Assembly: GCA_964016885.1 (NCBI GenBank)
Contig: OZ024766.1
Coordinates: forward strand, 10,044,001 to 10,108,000
Length of the DNA: 64,000 nucleotides
Direction of reading: 5' to 3'
DNA from: Eledone cirrhosa
Lineage: Eukaryota
Shown: positions 1 through 12,689 of the stretch, in pieces
Layout: every line of letters starts with the position of its first letter
How positions within the stretch are numbered: the stretch's first letter is position 1
Program-made: the position numbers and the translations under genes
Notes under the pieces: generated by a model
Told to the model about the DNA's origin: nothing
The model's input: only the letters and a program-made list of their open reading frames with translations
Database searches by the model: none

Positions 1-407
1 CATTCCACTGCAAAGTGGTCGAGGAGGTGCCACGGTAAAAAAAAAAAAAGCACCCAGCACTCACTGTAAAGTGGTCGAGGAGGTGCCATGGTAAAAAAAA
101 AAAAAGCACCCAGCACTCACTGTAAATGAGGTTGGTGTTAGGAAGGGCATCCAGCTGTAGAAATCAAGCCAGAACCAGTTCCTGTCCCACCCTTGCAAGC
201 AGGGAAAAGCGGACGTAAAATAAAATGATGATGAAGATATATATACACACACAACAAAAATTATAAATAAACAACGCAATCAATCAATATATTATTATTA
301 TTAACAACATTTATAATTTTAAAATTATTCCATTTGTCAATATTTTTACTAACCGTTGTTATTGGTATTAATTGCACAGTATTTTAAGGGTGTATATATG
401 TGTGCGA

Positions 408-457
<50 letters not shown>

Positions 458-594
458 ATATGAATGTATGTATATATCTCTCTCTCTATATATATATAGG
501 TATGTATATCTCTATATATATGTGTATGTATATCTATATATATATATGTGTATGTATATCTATATGCGCATATATATCTATATATATATACGTG

Positions 595-649
<55 letters not shown>

Positions 650-2030
650 ATGTATATATGTATGTGTATATATGTGTGTATGTATATATGTATGTGTATA
701 TACATATATATATTGTTATACTTGGGGAGGGTCATATTGTTGTAATAATATTGCCAGAAATAATAACAGAACACACTCACTGTTTGGTTGGTTTTCACTT
801 CTGTATCTTTTATATCTCCATAGTTAATTTATTTGGCAATCAATGTTTATCATTGATTGACCAACGGTTAAAAATACACAAGAACTTTGATAGACTATAT
901 ATTTATATATATATTTATATCTGTATTTTTAACTGTTGGTCAGTCAATGGTAAACATTGATTGCCAAATAAATTAACTATGGAGATATAAAAGACACAGA
1001 AGTGAAAACCAACCAAACAGTGAGTGTGTTCTGTTATTATTTCTGGCAATATTATTACAACAATATGACCCTCCCCAAGTATAACAATATTTGTTTCGAC
1101 ACACGATTTCATATCAAAAACCTTGCAAAATAAATATGTATATATATATATGTATCTATATAATATATACACATATATATATATCTATATATATGTATCT
1201 ATATAATATATACATAATATATATCTATATATATGTGTATGTATGTGTTAAGTATTCCCGTAGAAACGGTAATGGAAAGAAGAGTGCTCTATGTATAGTA
1301 CAGAGCTATTTAGTTATATATATAAACAACACAATATAATTATTCCATTACTCAAGGTTTCAGGAAGTTAGATGATTCATGAGATGAAATATCTAGATAG
1401 AAACCTTGGCTAATGGAGTAATTATATTGTTGTTTATTCCATAAATAAATAAATATATATATATATTAAGTGTATTGAGTTCAAAACTCAAGCATTCCTT
1501 TACAATGCAATAGCTTAAAGAAAGAAATATTTCTGAGCCGTATAATACAAGTAAATATAAATTAATATATATGATGAAACACAAATACCAACATATCTGT
1601 GTTTATATTGTAAAAGAAATTAAGTTAGCTAGAATGAAATATACTAATTATAATATAACAGTTTGCCTATCTCAATTTAAAATAATAAATCAATAAAAAC
1701 AAACAGTATTGGCAAATGGCCATGGTGTTTAGACAAATTTAAATTTCAAAATCAAACCTGTTCCGTAGATATTTCTTTTACAATATAAACACAGATATGT
1801 TGGTATTTGTGCTTCATCATATATATTAATTTATATTTACTTGTATTATATATATATATATATATATACATATATAATTATCTATATTTATATATAATTA
1901 TAGAAATGGCTTCTACAAGACTAGAACAGTTCTAGCCCTGTAGGAGCCATTTCTATATTAAATATATATACTCTGCAATGTATTGAGTACCTTACTTACT
2001 GTGGTTACCCCCGATTGAACCCGGCTTATA

Positions 2031-2116
<86 letters not shown>

Positions 2117-2123
2117 GATATAC

Positions 2124-2154
<31 letters not shown>

Positions 2155-2289
2155 CCAGTGGCGAAGGGTAACCTCGAAAGCAGGGCACGCAGTCCAATCG
2201 CCATGGCGGAAAGTGGGGCTGTGCAGCCTTACCCCCCCACCCAATCCCCTCTAAATGACCCTCCCAGTCAAAGACGCATGTAGTGTTAT

Positions 2290-2341
<52 letters not shown>

Positions 2342-2451
2342 TACGATTTGGTAAGCTGTCAAAATTCTGCTTGCTTCAACCAATGCAATTGATCAACTCA
2401 AGATTCTATAATGCATGCACTGCATGGGTTGCATGCACGGACCCTTTGCCC

Positions 2452-2454
<3 letters not shown>

Positions 2455-2502
<48 letters not shown>

Positions 2503-2507
2503 GTATG

Positions 2508-2557
<50 letters not shown>

Positions 2558-2575
2558 TATATATATATATGTATG

Positions 2576-2653
<78 letters not shown>

Positions 2654-2671
2654 TATATATATATATGTATG

Positions 2672-2715
<44 letters not shown>

Positions 2716-2742
2716 TATATATATATATGTATGTATATATAT

Positions 2743-2776
<34 letters not shown>

Positions 2777-2827
2777 GTATGTATATGTATGTATACATAT
2801 ATATATATATGTATATATATATGTATG

Positions 2828-2872
<45 letters not shown>

Positions 2873-2965
2873 GTATGTATATATATATATGTATATATAT
2901 ATATATGTATATATATATATGTATATATATATATATGTATATATATATATGTATATATATATATG

Positions 2966-2996
<31 letters not shown>

Positions 2997-3124
2997 GTAT
3001 ATATATGTATATATATATATATGTATACATATATATATATATATATATATGTATACATATATATATATATATATGTATATGTATATATGTATACATATAT
3101 ATGCATGTATATATGGATATATAT

Positions 3125-3171
<47 letters not shown>

Positions 3172-3486
3172 TATATATATATATATATATATATATGCAT
3201 ATATGTATACATATATACATGCATATATATGTATACATATATATATATATGCATATATATGTATACATATATATACATATGCATTTGCATATGTATACAT
3301 ATATATATATATATATATGCATATATATGTATACATATGTATATATATATGCAATATATATATGCATATATATATGCATATATATATATGCATATATATA
3401 TATATATATATGCATATATATATATGCATATATATATATATATATATATGCATATATATATATGCATATATATATATATATATATA

Positions 3487-3561
<75 letters not shown>

Positions 3562-3600
3562 GTATATACATGTATGTGTATATATATATATGTGTGAGTG
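2455..3600. repeat. Long (TA)n/(TATG)n microsatellite
   Basis: Direct inspection; similar tracts at 390-710, 42000-42270, 43670-43958 and 61830-63660. Confidence 0.95.
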
Positions 3601-3672
3601 TGTGTATGTATTTATGTATGTATCGTCACTGTTTTACGTCCATTCTTCCCCGCTAGAGCATGGGTTAGACGG

Positions 3673-3732
<60 letters not shown>

Positions 3733-3749
3733 CTTGCTGACTATTCCTG

Positions 3750-3779
3750 TTAATGGCTTTCACCCCTCTTGCCAGTAAC
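3750..3779 (-). CDS. TXNL1: TXNL1-like terminal exon 8 (VTGKRGESH*)
   Basis: ttgcag|GTTACTGGCAAGAGGGGTGAAAGCCATTAA; matches the TXNL1 tail VVGKKGESH. Total CDS 876 nt = 291 aa plus stop. Confidence 0.93.
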   Translation of the reverse strand, partial: VTGKRGESH

Positions 3780-3904
3780 CTGCAATTAGAAAAAAGAAAT
3801 TTAATATTTGATAAGGTATATGAGCGTGTGTGTATATATATATATATACACACAGGAAATATATATATATATATATATACACACAGCCACAGGAAACAAG
3901 TACC

Positions 3905-4835
3905 ACCAATCTCTGGGAGGGCCCTGTAGAAACAGTAGACAGCTTCTGCTACCTAGGTGACCGAATTAGCAACGGAGGTGGGTGCTCAGAAAGTACAATA
4001 ACTAGGGTAAGAACGGGATGGAAGAAGTTTAGGGAACTACTACCACTGCTAGCTGCAAAAGGCTTCTCCCTCAGAATGAAAGGCAGACTGTATGATGCGT
4101 GTATCCGAACAGCGATGTTGCATGGTAGTGAGACCTGGGCGCTGAAGGTGGAAGACTTACGTAGATTAGAGAGAAACGAAGCCTGCATGCTCCGATGGAT
4201 GTGTAACAGTAATATACGTGAACGACAAAGCATAAATAAATTGAGAGAGAGACTGAGCATAAGAGGAATCAAATGCTGCGTGCAGGAGAGGCGGTTACGC
4301 TGGTATGGACATGTGATGCGTATGAAGGATGACAGCTGCATAAAAAGGTGCAGAGCACTAGAAGTTGATGGAAACCGCGGAGTGGGGAGACCCAAGATGA
4401 CTTGGGATGAGGTGATAAAAGCCGACCTTACCCAACTACACCTCTCAAAGTCAATGACACACGACCGTGACTTCTGGCGTCACGCAGTAATACAGGGTAC
4501 CCGACCTCCCATGGGTACATGCTGAAGCATATAAACAATATGCCCCCCCCCCCCCCCCCCCACCGCAAGGTGGTCGTGGAGGTGCCACGGCAAAAAAGCA
4601 CCCAGCCCACACTGTAAAGTGGACGTGTAGGCGCCACGAAAAAGCACCCAGCACTCACTGTAAATGAGGTTGGTGTTAGGAAGGGCATCCAGCTGTAGAA
4701 ATCAAGCCAGATCAGTTACTGTATGAGCAAGGCATGGTCAGCCGACCAGACACTGCCCACAACAGGACAACCCGTCTAACCCATGCTAGCGTGGAAGAAC
4801 GGACGTAAAACGGTGATGATGATGATGATGATGAT
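3905..4835 (+). mobile_element. 5'-truncated RTE-clade LINE with SINE-like 3' module and (GAT)n tail
   Basis: FCYLGD...YDACIRTAMLHGSETW...RRLRWYGHVMRM...GRPKMTW; near-identical 3' portions at 23622-24095 (+) and 42900-43497 (-). Confidence 0.9.
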
Positions 4836-5761
4836 ATATATATACGTTCATTTTAAACAAACTATTTACGTACACACATTACATTACATAAAAACAAACT
4901 TAAACACTAACTAATTCCTCTAAATTCATAACTCATTCATTCTTCTCCTTCTTTTCACATTATATCCTTAATAACATTAATATTTTTATTTTAATAATAC
5001 ATATTAATAAATTCTTTTCCTCGCACGTATTATTAAACCCTTCAATATCATCATCATTTTACGTCCATTTTTCCCTGCTTGCAAGGGTGGGACGGGAACT
5101 GATTCTGGGTTGTTTTCTACAGCTGGATGCCCTTCCTAACACCAACCTCATTCACAGTGAGTGCTGGGTGCTTTTTTGCCGTGGCACCTCCACGACCACT
5201 TTACAGTGAGTGCTGGGTGCTTTTTTGCCGTGGCACCTCCACGACCACTTTACAGTGAGTGCTGGGTGCTTTTTTGCCGTGGCACCTCCACGACCACTTT
5301 ACAGTGAGTGCTGGGTGCTTTTTTGCCATGGCACCTCCACGACCACTTTGCAGTAGAATGATAGGGACCTCAGTTCCTATCATCTCCTTTCTACAGCTGA
5401 GTAAACTGGAGCAATGTGAAATAAAGTGTCTTGCTCAAGGAAACAACACATCACCCGGTCTGGGAATTGAACAGGTGATGTGTTGTTTCCTATATATATA
5501 TGGTATTAGGATTGGTGCTCTGAAATAGCGATATATACATGAATGTATGTATAGTATGTCTGGTCACACTTGAGTGCTACTGGTAACATGTAACCCAGTA
5601 CAGCCTGTCGCATGGTTGGGTCGTCGGCAACTAAATCGGCAACCCCACCAAGTTTACATGGTGAAGGGGCTGACTTTGGACACCCTGCAGGACAAGAAAC
5701 AAAACCTGACAAAGGGCAGAAGAACTCATAAGAGTCAACGGCCATCCATAAATGTGTAAAT

Positions 5762-6560
5762 ATGTATATATGCAGCAACTTCTACGTAGGTAGCACCACC
5801 AGACCACTCCACATAAGAATAAAAGAACACCCCAATACTAATGCTTCCTCATTTAAGAAACACCTAGTTAAATGCAAAAACACTGACAAAACCATAACAG
5901 TTAGGATAGAAACTAAGAAAAGAAACCTCGGCAATCTTAGAATTAAGGAAGCACTAATTATAGACAAAACACAACCCCCAATCAATAATAGACTAGAACT
6001 CAACACCCAATTTATAACTTGATAGAGCTTCTAGCCCCATATTTACACACACATGCTTACACCTCCACTTATTCTGACACACAAAGACCAGTTCTAACAC
6101 GAGATAACATCTATCCCCCACATTTACGTATAGACATATCTTCTCACTCACACACACTCACATACTTCATACATTCTCCCACACACTTAAACAGGCACAT
6201 TAAAAAAAAAAACCCTTTTAAAGGGAGACTACTCTTTATCCACCTAACCATAATTCTTTGACATTAGAGATAGAACAGATACTCTATACCATTTCCTGTC
6301 AGCAGAACTTGGCAAGCTATTTAGAACACTGGTTTAACCGCTTTACTTCCCTCCGAAGAAGAGATATTATCTCGAAAATTAAGGACATTTAAATAAATCT
6401 AAGGTAAAAGACTAATTGTCAACAATATCTTTTGCATTTGTATTCTTTATTCTATGTCCATACCTGCATTGTTTTGGCTTTATAATACATATACAAACGT
6501 TTATACCTCATTACACAATGCTTCAAGTGAACTATAACCCCCTCCTTAACCGTATATATA
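5762..6560 (+). mobile_element. Penelope-like element 3' fragment with GIY-YIG endonuclease remnant
   Basis: YVGSTTRPLHIRIKEH...KKHL...KEALII...PPINN motif; decayed HHR-like CCGAAGA-agagatattatctc-GAAA near 6353-6377. Confidence 0.8.
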
Positions 6561-7129
6561 TATATATATATGTAGATAAATCTACCAAAATATACGGTAG
6601 TGTCCAATCCGTATGAAGAACTCAATGTAATCCAAATATCACGAAAAGAGATCTTTTCACAGGAAAACAGAGTCAAGATAAATTAATAAAAACAAAGAAA
6701 CAGTTCCTTATATTAAAATATGTTTATATGTATATTTGTATATGCATGTATACATGTGTATGTATATGCGTGGGGACAGACATAGAAATAATTGGGCTGG
6801 ATACCCGATCGCGCGGTTAAACCACTGTGAATGAAGGACCCCTAGCCTTTGTCAGGGCATTCTCAGGAAACTGGGATAACTCCGATATAAAACCTGCGGC
6901 TCAGTAGTTACCAATGATGTTGATCTTTTCTTCTTTTCGGGTTATAGCTACTGTCTCTCAGAGAGTGGGATTGGCTCAGTGCACAGTCTTTCCTCACTTT
7001 AAAAAATATCTACATGCACAGGCATTGCACGATAGAATTAATTGATAATTATTAATAATGGAATATCGTGCAATGGTCATACTCGATAACGAGGGGGCAG
7101 CCATCATATATATGTATATATGATGTTGA

Positions 7130-8240
7130 TGAGTAGAAAAGAGGACAAAACTCTGATTCCATTAAGGAAATGGCTATGTTCGATATGTAGACAAGGAGTT
7201 GGCATAAATTCTATAAAATGTACACAATGCAGATCTTGGGTACACAAGAGGTGTAGTGGGATAGCAGGCAAACTAACAGGAAGGGAAAACTACATATGCA
7301 GTGGATGTTCAGGGAAATTTGAACTGTAGAAGTGGCAGTGTTAGACATATTTTTCAAATACAGGTAGCATCTATAGAGGTGGTTGATAGCTTCCGGTACC
7401 TAGGTGATCAGATTAGCAAGGGAGGTGGATGCTCCGAGGCCATATTATCTAGAATTAGGACAGATTGGAAGAAGTTTAGGGAGCTGCTTCCTCTGTTGAC
7501 GAAGAAGGGTTTCCCCCTATGAACGAAAGGCTGGTTATATGATGCCTCTGTGAGATGCGCGATGCTGCATGGTGGTGAGACATGGGCAGCAACTGCGGAG
7601 GATATGCTAAGGCTGGAGAGAAATGAAGCAAGCATGCTCCGTTGGATGTGCAGTGTCAATGTGCATGAACGACCCAGCATGGACAAGTTGAGAGAGAAAC
7701 TGTGTATAAGAGGGATAAGTTGTGGTATGTGGGAGAGAAGACTGAGATGGTATGGACATGTGATGAGTTGAGAGAGAAACTGGGTATAAGAGGGATAAGT
7801 TGTAGTGTGTGGGAGAGAAGACTGTGATGGTATGGACATGTGATGAGTTGAGAGAGAAACTGGGTATAAGAGGGATAAGTTGTAGTGTGTGGGAGAGAAG
7901 ACTGTGATGGTATGGACATGTGATGAGTTGAGAGAGAAACTGTGTATAAGAGGGATAAGTTGTGGTGTGTGGGAGAGAAGACTGAGATGGTATGGACATG
8001 TGATGTGCATGGAGGATGACAGCTGGGTAAAGAAGTGCCAAGAAATCCCAGTGGAAGGAAGACCACGAAAAACATGGGTGGAGGTGGTGAGAGCAGACCT
8101 CAGATCGCTGAAGCTCACGGAGGAGATGACGAAGGACCGTGACAAGCGGAGAGATGCTGTGCTGAACAGGACCTGTCCCGCCCTTGCAAACAGGGAAAAG
8201 AGGATGTAAAATGATAACGGCGATAATGATGATATATGAT
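7130..8240 (+). mobile_element. Decayed RTE-clade LINE with Cys-rich (PHD-like) segment and internal ~62-bp tandem duplications
   Basis: CSICRQGVG..CTQCRSWVHKRCSG, FRYLGD, RLRWYGHVM repeated about 4 times at 7688-8005; contains stops and frameshifts. Confidence 0.85.
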
Positions 8241-8315
8241 GATGTTGGTGATCTACACAATAAATGCACCCAGTACACTCTGTAAAGTAGTTATAACAGA
8301 AATTATATGACGTAC

Positions 8316-8420
8316 CCGCTTGAATTCCTGCATGTTCGTACTGTTCACGGTTTGACCATGGAAACCCAGATAAGTTAAATTGGTTTCCGCAGAGTTGTCT
8401 TGGTTACTACTGACAAATAT
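8316..8420 (-). CDS. TXNL1: TXNL1-like exon 7 (IFVSSNQDNSAETNLTYLGFHGQTVNSTNMQEFKR)
   Basis: ccacag| ... |gtacgt; 105 nt; matches TXNL1 IFVQSNQG...TNMNDFKR. Confidence 0.95.
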
Positions 8421-8424
8421 CTGT

Positions 8425-8800
8425 GGAGAGAGAGAAAGAGGGTTGAGAGGGTGACTGAGAGAGGGGGGGGGGGTGACAGAGCGAGAGGGGGGGGTGACTA
8501 AGTGAGTGAGATAGAGAGGGTGAGAGATAAAGGGTGACTTAGAGAGAGAGTGAGAGAGAGAGACTGAGAGTGAGAGAGAGAGACTGAGAGTGAGAGAGAG
8601 AGAGTGAGAGAGAGAGACTGAGAGAGAGAGAGAGAGACTGAGAATGAGAGAGAGAGACTGAGAGTGAGAGAGAGAGACTAAGAGTGAGAGATAGACTGAG
8701 GGAGAGATAGAGAGGGTGAGGGTGACAGAGAGAGAGAGAGAGTGAGACATGGTGAGAGAGAGAGAGAGAGAGGTAGATAAATAGATAGAGACTGAGTGAG
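8425..8800. repeat. (GA)n-rich tract forming the pyrimidine-rich acceptor side of TXNL1-like exon 7
   Basis: GA/GAGT/GACT repeats; another (GA)n tract at 9292-9442. Confidence 0.9.
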
Positions 8801-8880
8801 AAAAAGCTGAAACCACACAATGAACCTTTGTTAAGTTACATTCCAACACCAACTTAAACCAATACATTTTCAGAACCGGA

Positions 8881-8911
<31 letters not shown>

Positions 8912-9153
8912 CATACATATATAAGATTGTGAGTTCAATTCTCAGAACGGGTGATGTGTTGTGTCCTTGAGCAAGACACTTTATTTCACATTGCTCCAGT
9001 TTACTCAGCTGTAGAAATGAGATGATATATATATATATATATAAAAGAAATGAGATGATATATATATATATAAAAGGTAAACAGAAATAACACAATCAGT
9101 ACAGTATATGGAAGGAATATATTAGTTTAACGCTTGAAATAGCAGGAAGAGGG

Positions 9154-9189
9154 TCTTAACGTTTCGGACTCTAGTCCTTCATCAGAAGA
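9154..9189 (-). ncRNA. Minimal hammerhead ribozyme motif (Penelope pLTR type)
   Basis: Minus strand reads tctt-CTGATGA-a-ggact-ag-agtcc-GAAACGTT-aaga; lies between short direct repeats at about 9065-9113 and 9219-9265. Confidence 0.6.
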
Positions 9190-9407
9190 AAGAATGAGGA
9201 ATTAGAATTGGATGTATGTATATAAAAGGTAAACAGAAATAACAGAATTGGTATAGTATATGGAAGAGACTAGTGTATCTTGAGAATGAATGGGAGAGAA
9301 AGAGGGAGCGAGAGAGAGGGAGAGAGAGGGAGAGAGAGGGAGGGGGAGGGAGAGAGAGAGAGGGAGAGGGAGAGAGAGGGAGGGGGAGGGAGAGAGAGAG
9401 AGAGGGA

Positions 9408-9444
<37 letters not shown>

Positions 9445-9542
9445 TACCTCTAGCAGACCCAACAGAGGCGATCAGTTATTGAAATCGATGACGACTATAG
9501 GGTCAAAGAAGCAATGCAAAGAAAAGAATGACTAAATATTAC

Positions 9543-9715
9543 CGTTATGTTCTGCACGTTTTGAAACTTCACATATTGAAGCAAATTAGGGGAACCGGTT
9601 TTCACCTGCTTGGCATTCAACAACAGATCTTGAGTAGCTCGCATAGTTTCTGCCTGGTCAAAGCCAAGGGCTCTCGGTTGGTTGATAAACAATTCGACAT
9701 CCTTTGGGCCATTTT
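9543..9715 (-). CDS. TXNL1: TXNL1-like exon 6 (ENGPKDVELFINQPRALGFDQAE...YVKFQNVQNIT)
   Basis: attcag| ... |gtaata; 173 nt; PITH motifs GPK, FIN.PR and YVKFQNV. Confidence 0.95.
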
Positions 9716-10091
9716 CTGAATAATTAATTAAACCAGATAATTATCTAAACTATAATAAAGTAAGAAGTGCGGTACTGCGTACGGTTTATAATTTTTTTAT
9801 CCCATTAGTAAAATAAGTTGGATTACTTTGAATAAATAATTGTTTCTACTTTAGGCACAAGGCCAGCAATTACCCAGTGCATTACTGGTACTTTATTTTA
9901 TCGACCCTGTAAGGATGAAAGGCAAAGTCAACCTCGGCGGGATTTGAACTCAGATCGTAAAGGGACGTAACTATGCTGGAAAGCATGGCGTCCGACCCTC
10001 TACCGATACTGCCAATCCACCGCCGTACTTTGAATAAATAATGAATGAATATTACATAATTTATCTACTAAATTTCGTGGCTTTTTATTAA

Positions 10092-10613
10092 CCCTTTATC
10101 ATTTACATTATTCTACACTAGCAGATTTACCCGGCGTTGCCCGGGGTTTGAAATGCAACAAAGAATAAACAAGAAACAAACAATAATATTAGTGATTTAT
10201 CTTCAAATGAATTTGATGTTTATCATCATCATTCATCATTTCATTTTACGTACGCTTTTTCCCTGCTTGCAAGGGTGGGACGGGAACTTATTCTGGCTTG
10301 ATTTCTACAGCTGGATGCCCTTCCTAACACCAACCTCATTTACAGTGAGTGCTGGGTGCTTTTTTGCCGTGGCACCTCCACGACCAAAAGGGCGAATATG
10401 GTTGCTTGAACACTGGACGGCATAATTCGGGCGGTTTGTTTACAAACAAACAAACTGAGCATTATAATAAATGTTCGGTAAACCGATATGTACATATATA
10501 TATACATACTACTGTATGTCTGTATACATATATGTATGTACGTATACATACTTACTTACATTTAAGTAGCAGCTGTACTAAGAGTGAGAAATGAAATTTC
10601 GTTTCATTCTTGT

Positions 10614-10653
<40 letters not shown>

Positions 10654-11421
10654 TCATCATTTTACGTCCGCTTTTCCCTGCTTGCAAGGGTGGGATGGGA
10701 ACTGATTCTGGGTTGATTTCTACAGCTGGATGCCCTTCCTAACACCAACCTCATTTACAGTGAGTGCTGGGTGCTTTTTTGTCGTGGCACCTCCACGACC
10801 ACTTTGCAGTGGAATGATAGGGACCCCAGTCCCTATCATCTCATTTCTACAGCTGAGTAAACTGGAGCAATGTGAAATAAAGTGTCTTGCTCAAGGGAAC
10901 AACACATCACCCGGTCTGAGAATTGAACTCACAACCTTTCGATTGCAAGGCCAATGCTCTAACCACTAAGCCATGTGCCTCCTTATATTTCTGCCAATAA
11001 AGTTTGTTATCTCCCTTACATCAATTATGCTACCGATAATTTTAATATTGATTTTTTATTGCTCAACGTGGGTCGATTTGGAAAATGTTTGTGATGTGAC
11101 AATCTTAGCGACCAGTGCAACGGGCACAGAAAATTTGGTCAAATTCAGTTGGTAATTGTAAAAGCCTTAAGTATGCAAAGTTGTACACAGACACACACAC
11201 ATCCTCGCTTTTATATATATATAAAGATTTATTATAATATTTTCATGGTAAACGCTTAATTCACAAAATTATTGCACATAATATCGAATCTATGAGATTT
11301 TGATATAATTTATTTCGAAAACAATACCTTAACATCAGTATGAGTGGCCAGTTACTGCCGGTTCGAACAGAAAGAGATGAGAAAATTCTGGCCGGATACG
11401 GCTGGTTTAAATGCAAAAGGG
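10092..11421. mobile_element. piggyBac-type MITE (same family as 50683) split by a Helitron-like insertion
   Basis: TTAA|CCCTTTATCATTTAC ... ATGCAAAAGGG|TTAA; 11228-11421 is homologous to 50683-50880 in inverted orientation. Confidence 0.75.
10118..11227 (-). mobile_element. Non-autonomous Helitron-like element
   Basis: Minus strand begins TCTTTATATATATATAAAAG and ends with hairpin CCCGG-gcaacg-CCGGG then CTAG; inserted between A and T with no TSD. Confidence 0.7.
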
Positions 11422-12689
11422 TTAAATATATTTTATTGCTTATTTAAAGATTCACTTCTTTAAAATTTTCAAATGTCAACACTTCCGGTTAACGATCGCT
11501 TAAATAAGTATTCATATATTTCCGTCAGTAATTTTCTCCTAATGCAGTTTATATATAATATCGTCTTTATTTAATGTATCATGGATTACGTTACTAATTA
11601 CATAAGACAGTGTAACACAGTCTCTCTTCAATTTCTGTGTTTATTGTCAATTTCGATTTTATTTGATGTATCACATGGTGGAGGCACATGGCTTAGTGGT
11701 TAGAGCATTGGCCTTGCAATCAAAAGGTTCTGAGTTCAATTCTCAGACCGGGTGATGTGTTGTTTCCTTGAGCAAGACACTTTATTTCACATTGCTCCAG
11801 TTTACTCAGCTGTAGAAATGAGATGATAGGGGCAGGTGTCCCTATCATTCCACTGTAAAGTGGTCACGGCAAAAAAGCACCCAGCCCACACTGTAAAGTG
11901 GTCGTGGAGGCGCCACGGAAAAAGAGCACCCAGCACTCACTGTAAAGTGGTCGTGGAGGTGCACCGGCAAAAAAGCACCCAGCACTCACTGTAAAGTAGA
12001 CGTGGAGATGCCACGGCAAGAAAGCACCCAGCACTCACTGTAAATGAGGTTGGTGTTAGGAAGGGCATCCAGCTGTAGAAATCAAGCCAGAATCAGTTCC
12101 CGTCCCACCCTTGCAAGCAGGGAAAAGTGGACGTAAAACGATGATGATGTATCATGTCTACATGTATATATACTTGCGTATAATATCAATATAACACTAC
12201 ACATACTAGCAGAAAACCCCCCGAGGGGGTGTTTTCTGCTTGTCATATTAATGATGATGATGACAATGATAATAATTTTTTCTGCTATAGGCACAAGGCC
12301 AGCAATTTGAAGGGGAGGGGGGGAAAGTCGATTAGATCGACTCCAGTGTATTACTGGTACTTTATTTTTCCAACCCCGTGAGGATGAAAGGCAAAGTAAA
12401 CCTCGGCGGGATTTGAACTCACAACATAAAGGGCCGTAACTCTATGCTGACGTGATGACGGTAATAATATAATAATTTCTGTTTTTGGCATTAGGCCTCA
12501 ACGGTTGATCATAATAACAATCTAGTAATATATAATACCCAATGTGTATTTGTCCATCACACAAAGGGAGGTAACTCATTTATGTTTCAGTATGGAAATA
12601 TAAATAGATACAAATACATAAGCATTGTCTATTATATAATAAAAGGGTGAGTGTGGGACGGTGAGCTGAATATTTTTTATTATCCCGTT

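Larger units (their letters stand above)
9744..12240 (+). mobile_element. Helitron-like element, family 2, copy 1 (host of nested insertions)
   Basis: Starts TCTAAACTATAATAAAG; ends in hairpin agcagaaaaccccc-cga-gggggtgttttctgct; homologous to 32731-35586. Confidence 0.6.

Noticed and set aside
349-3778. YIYI/ICVC-type ORFs here and throughout the window
   Set aside because: Translations of (TA)n and (TG)n microsatellites.
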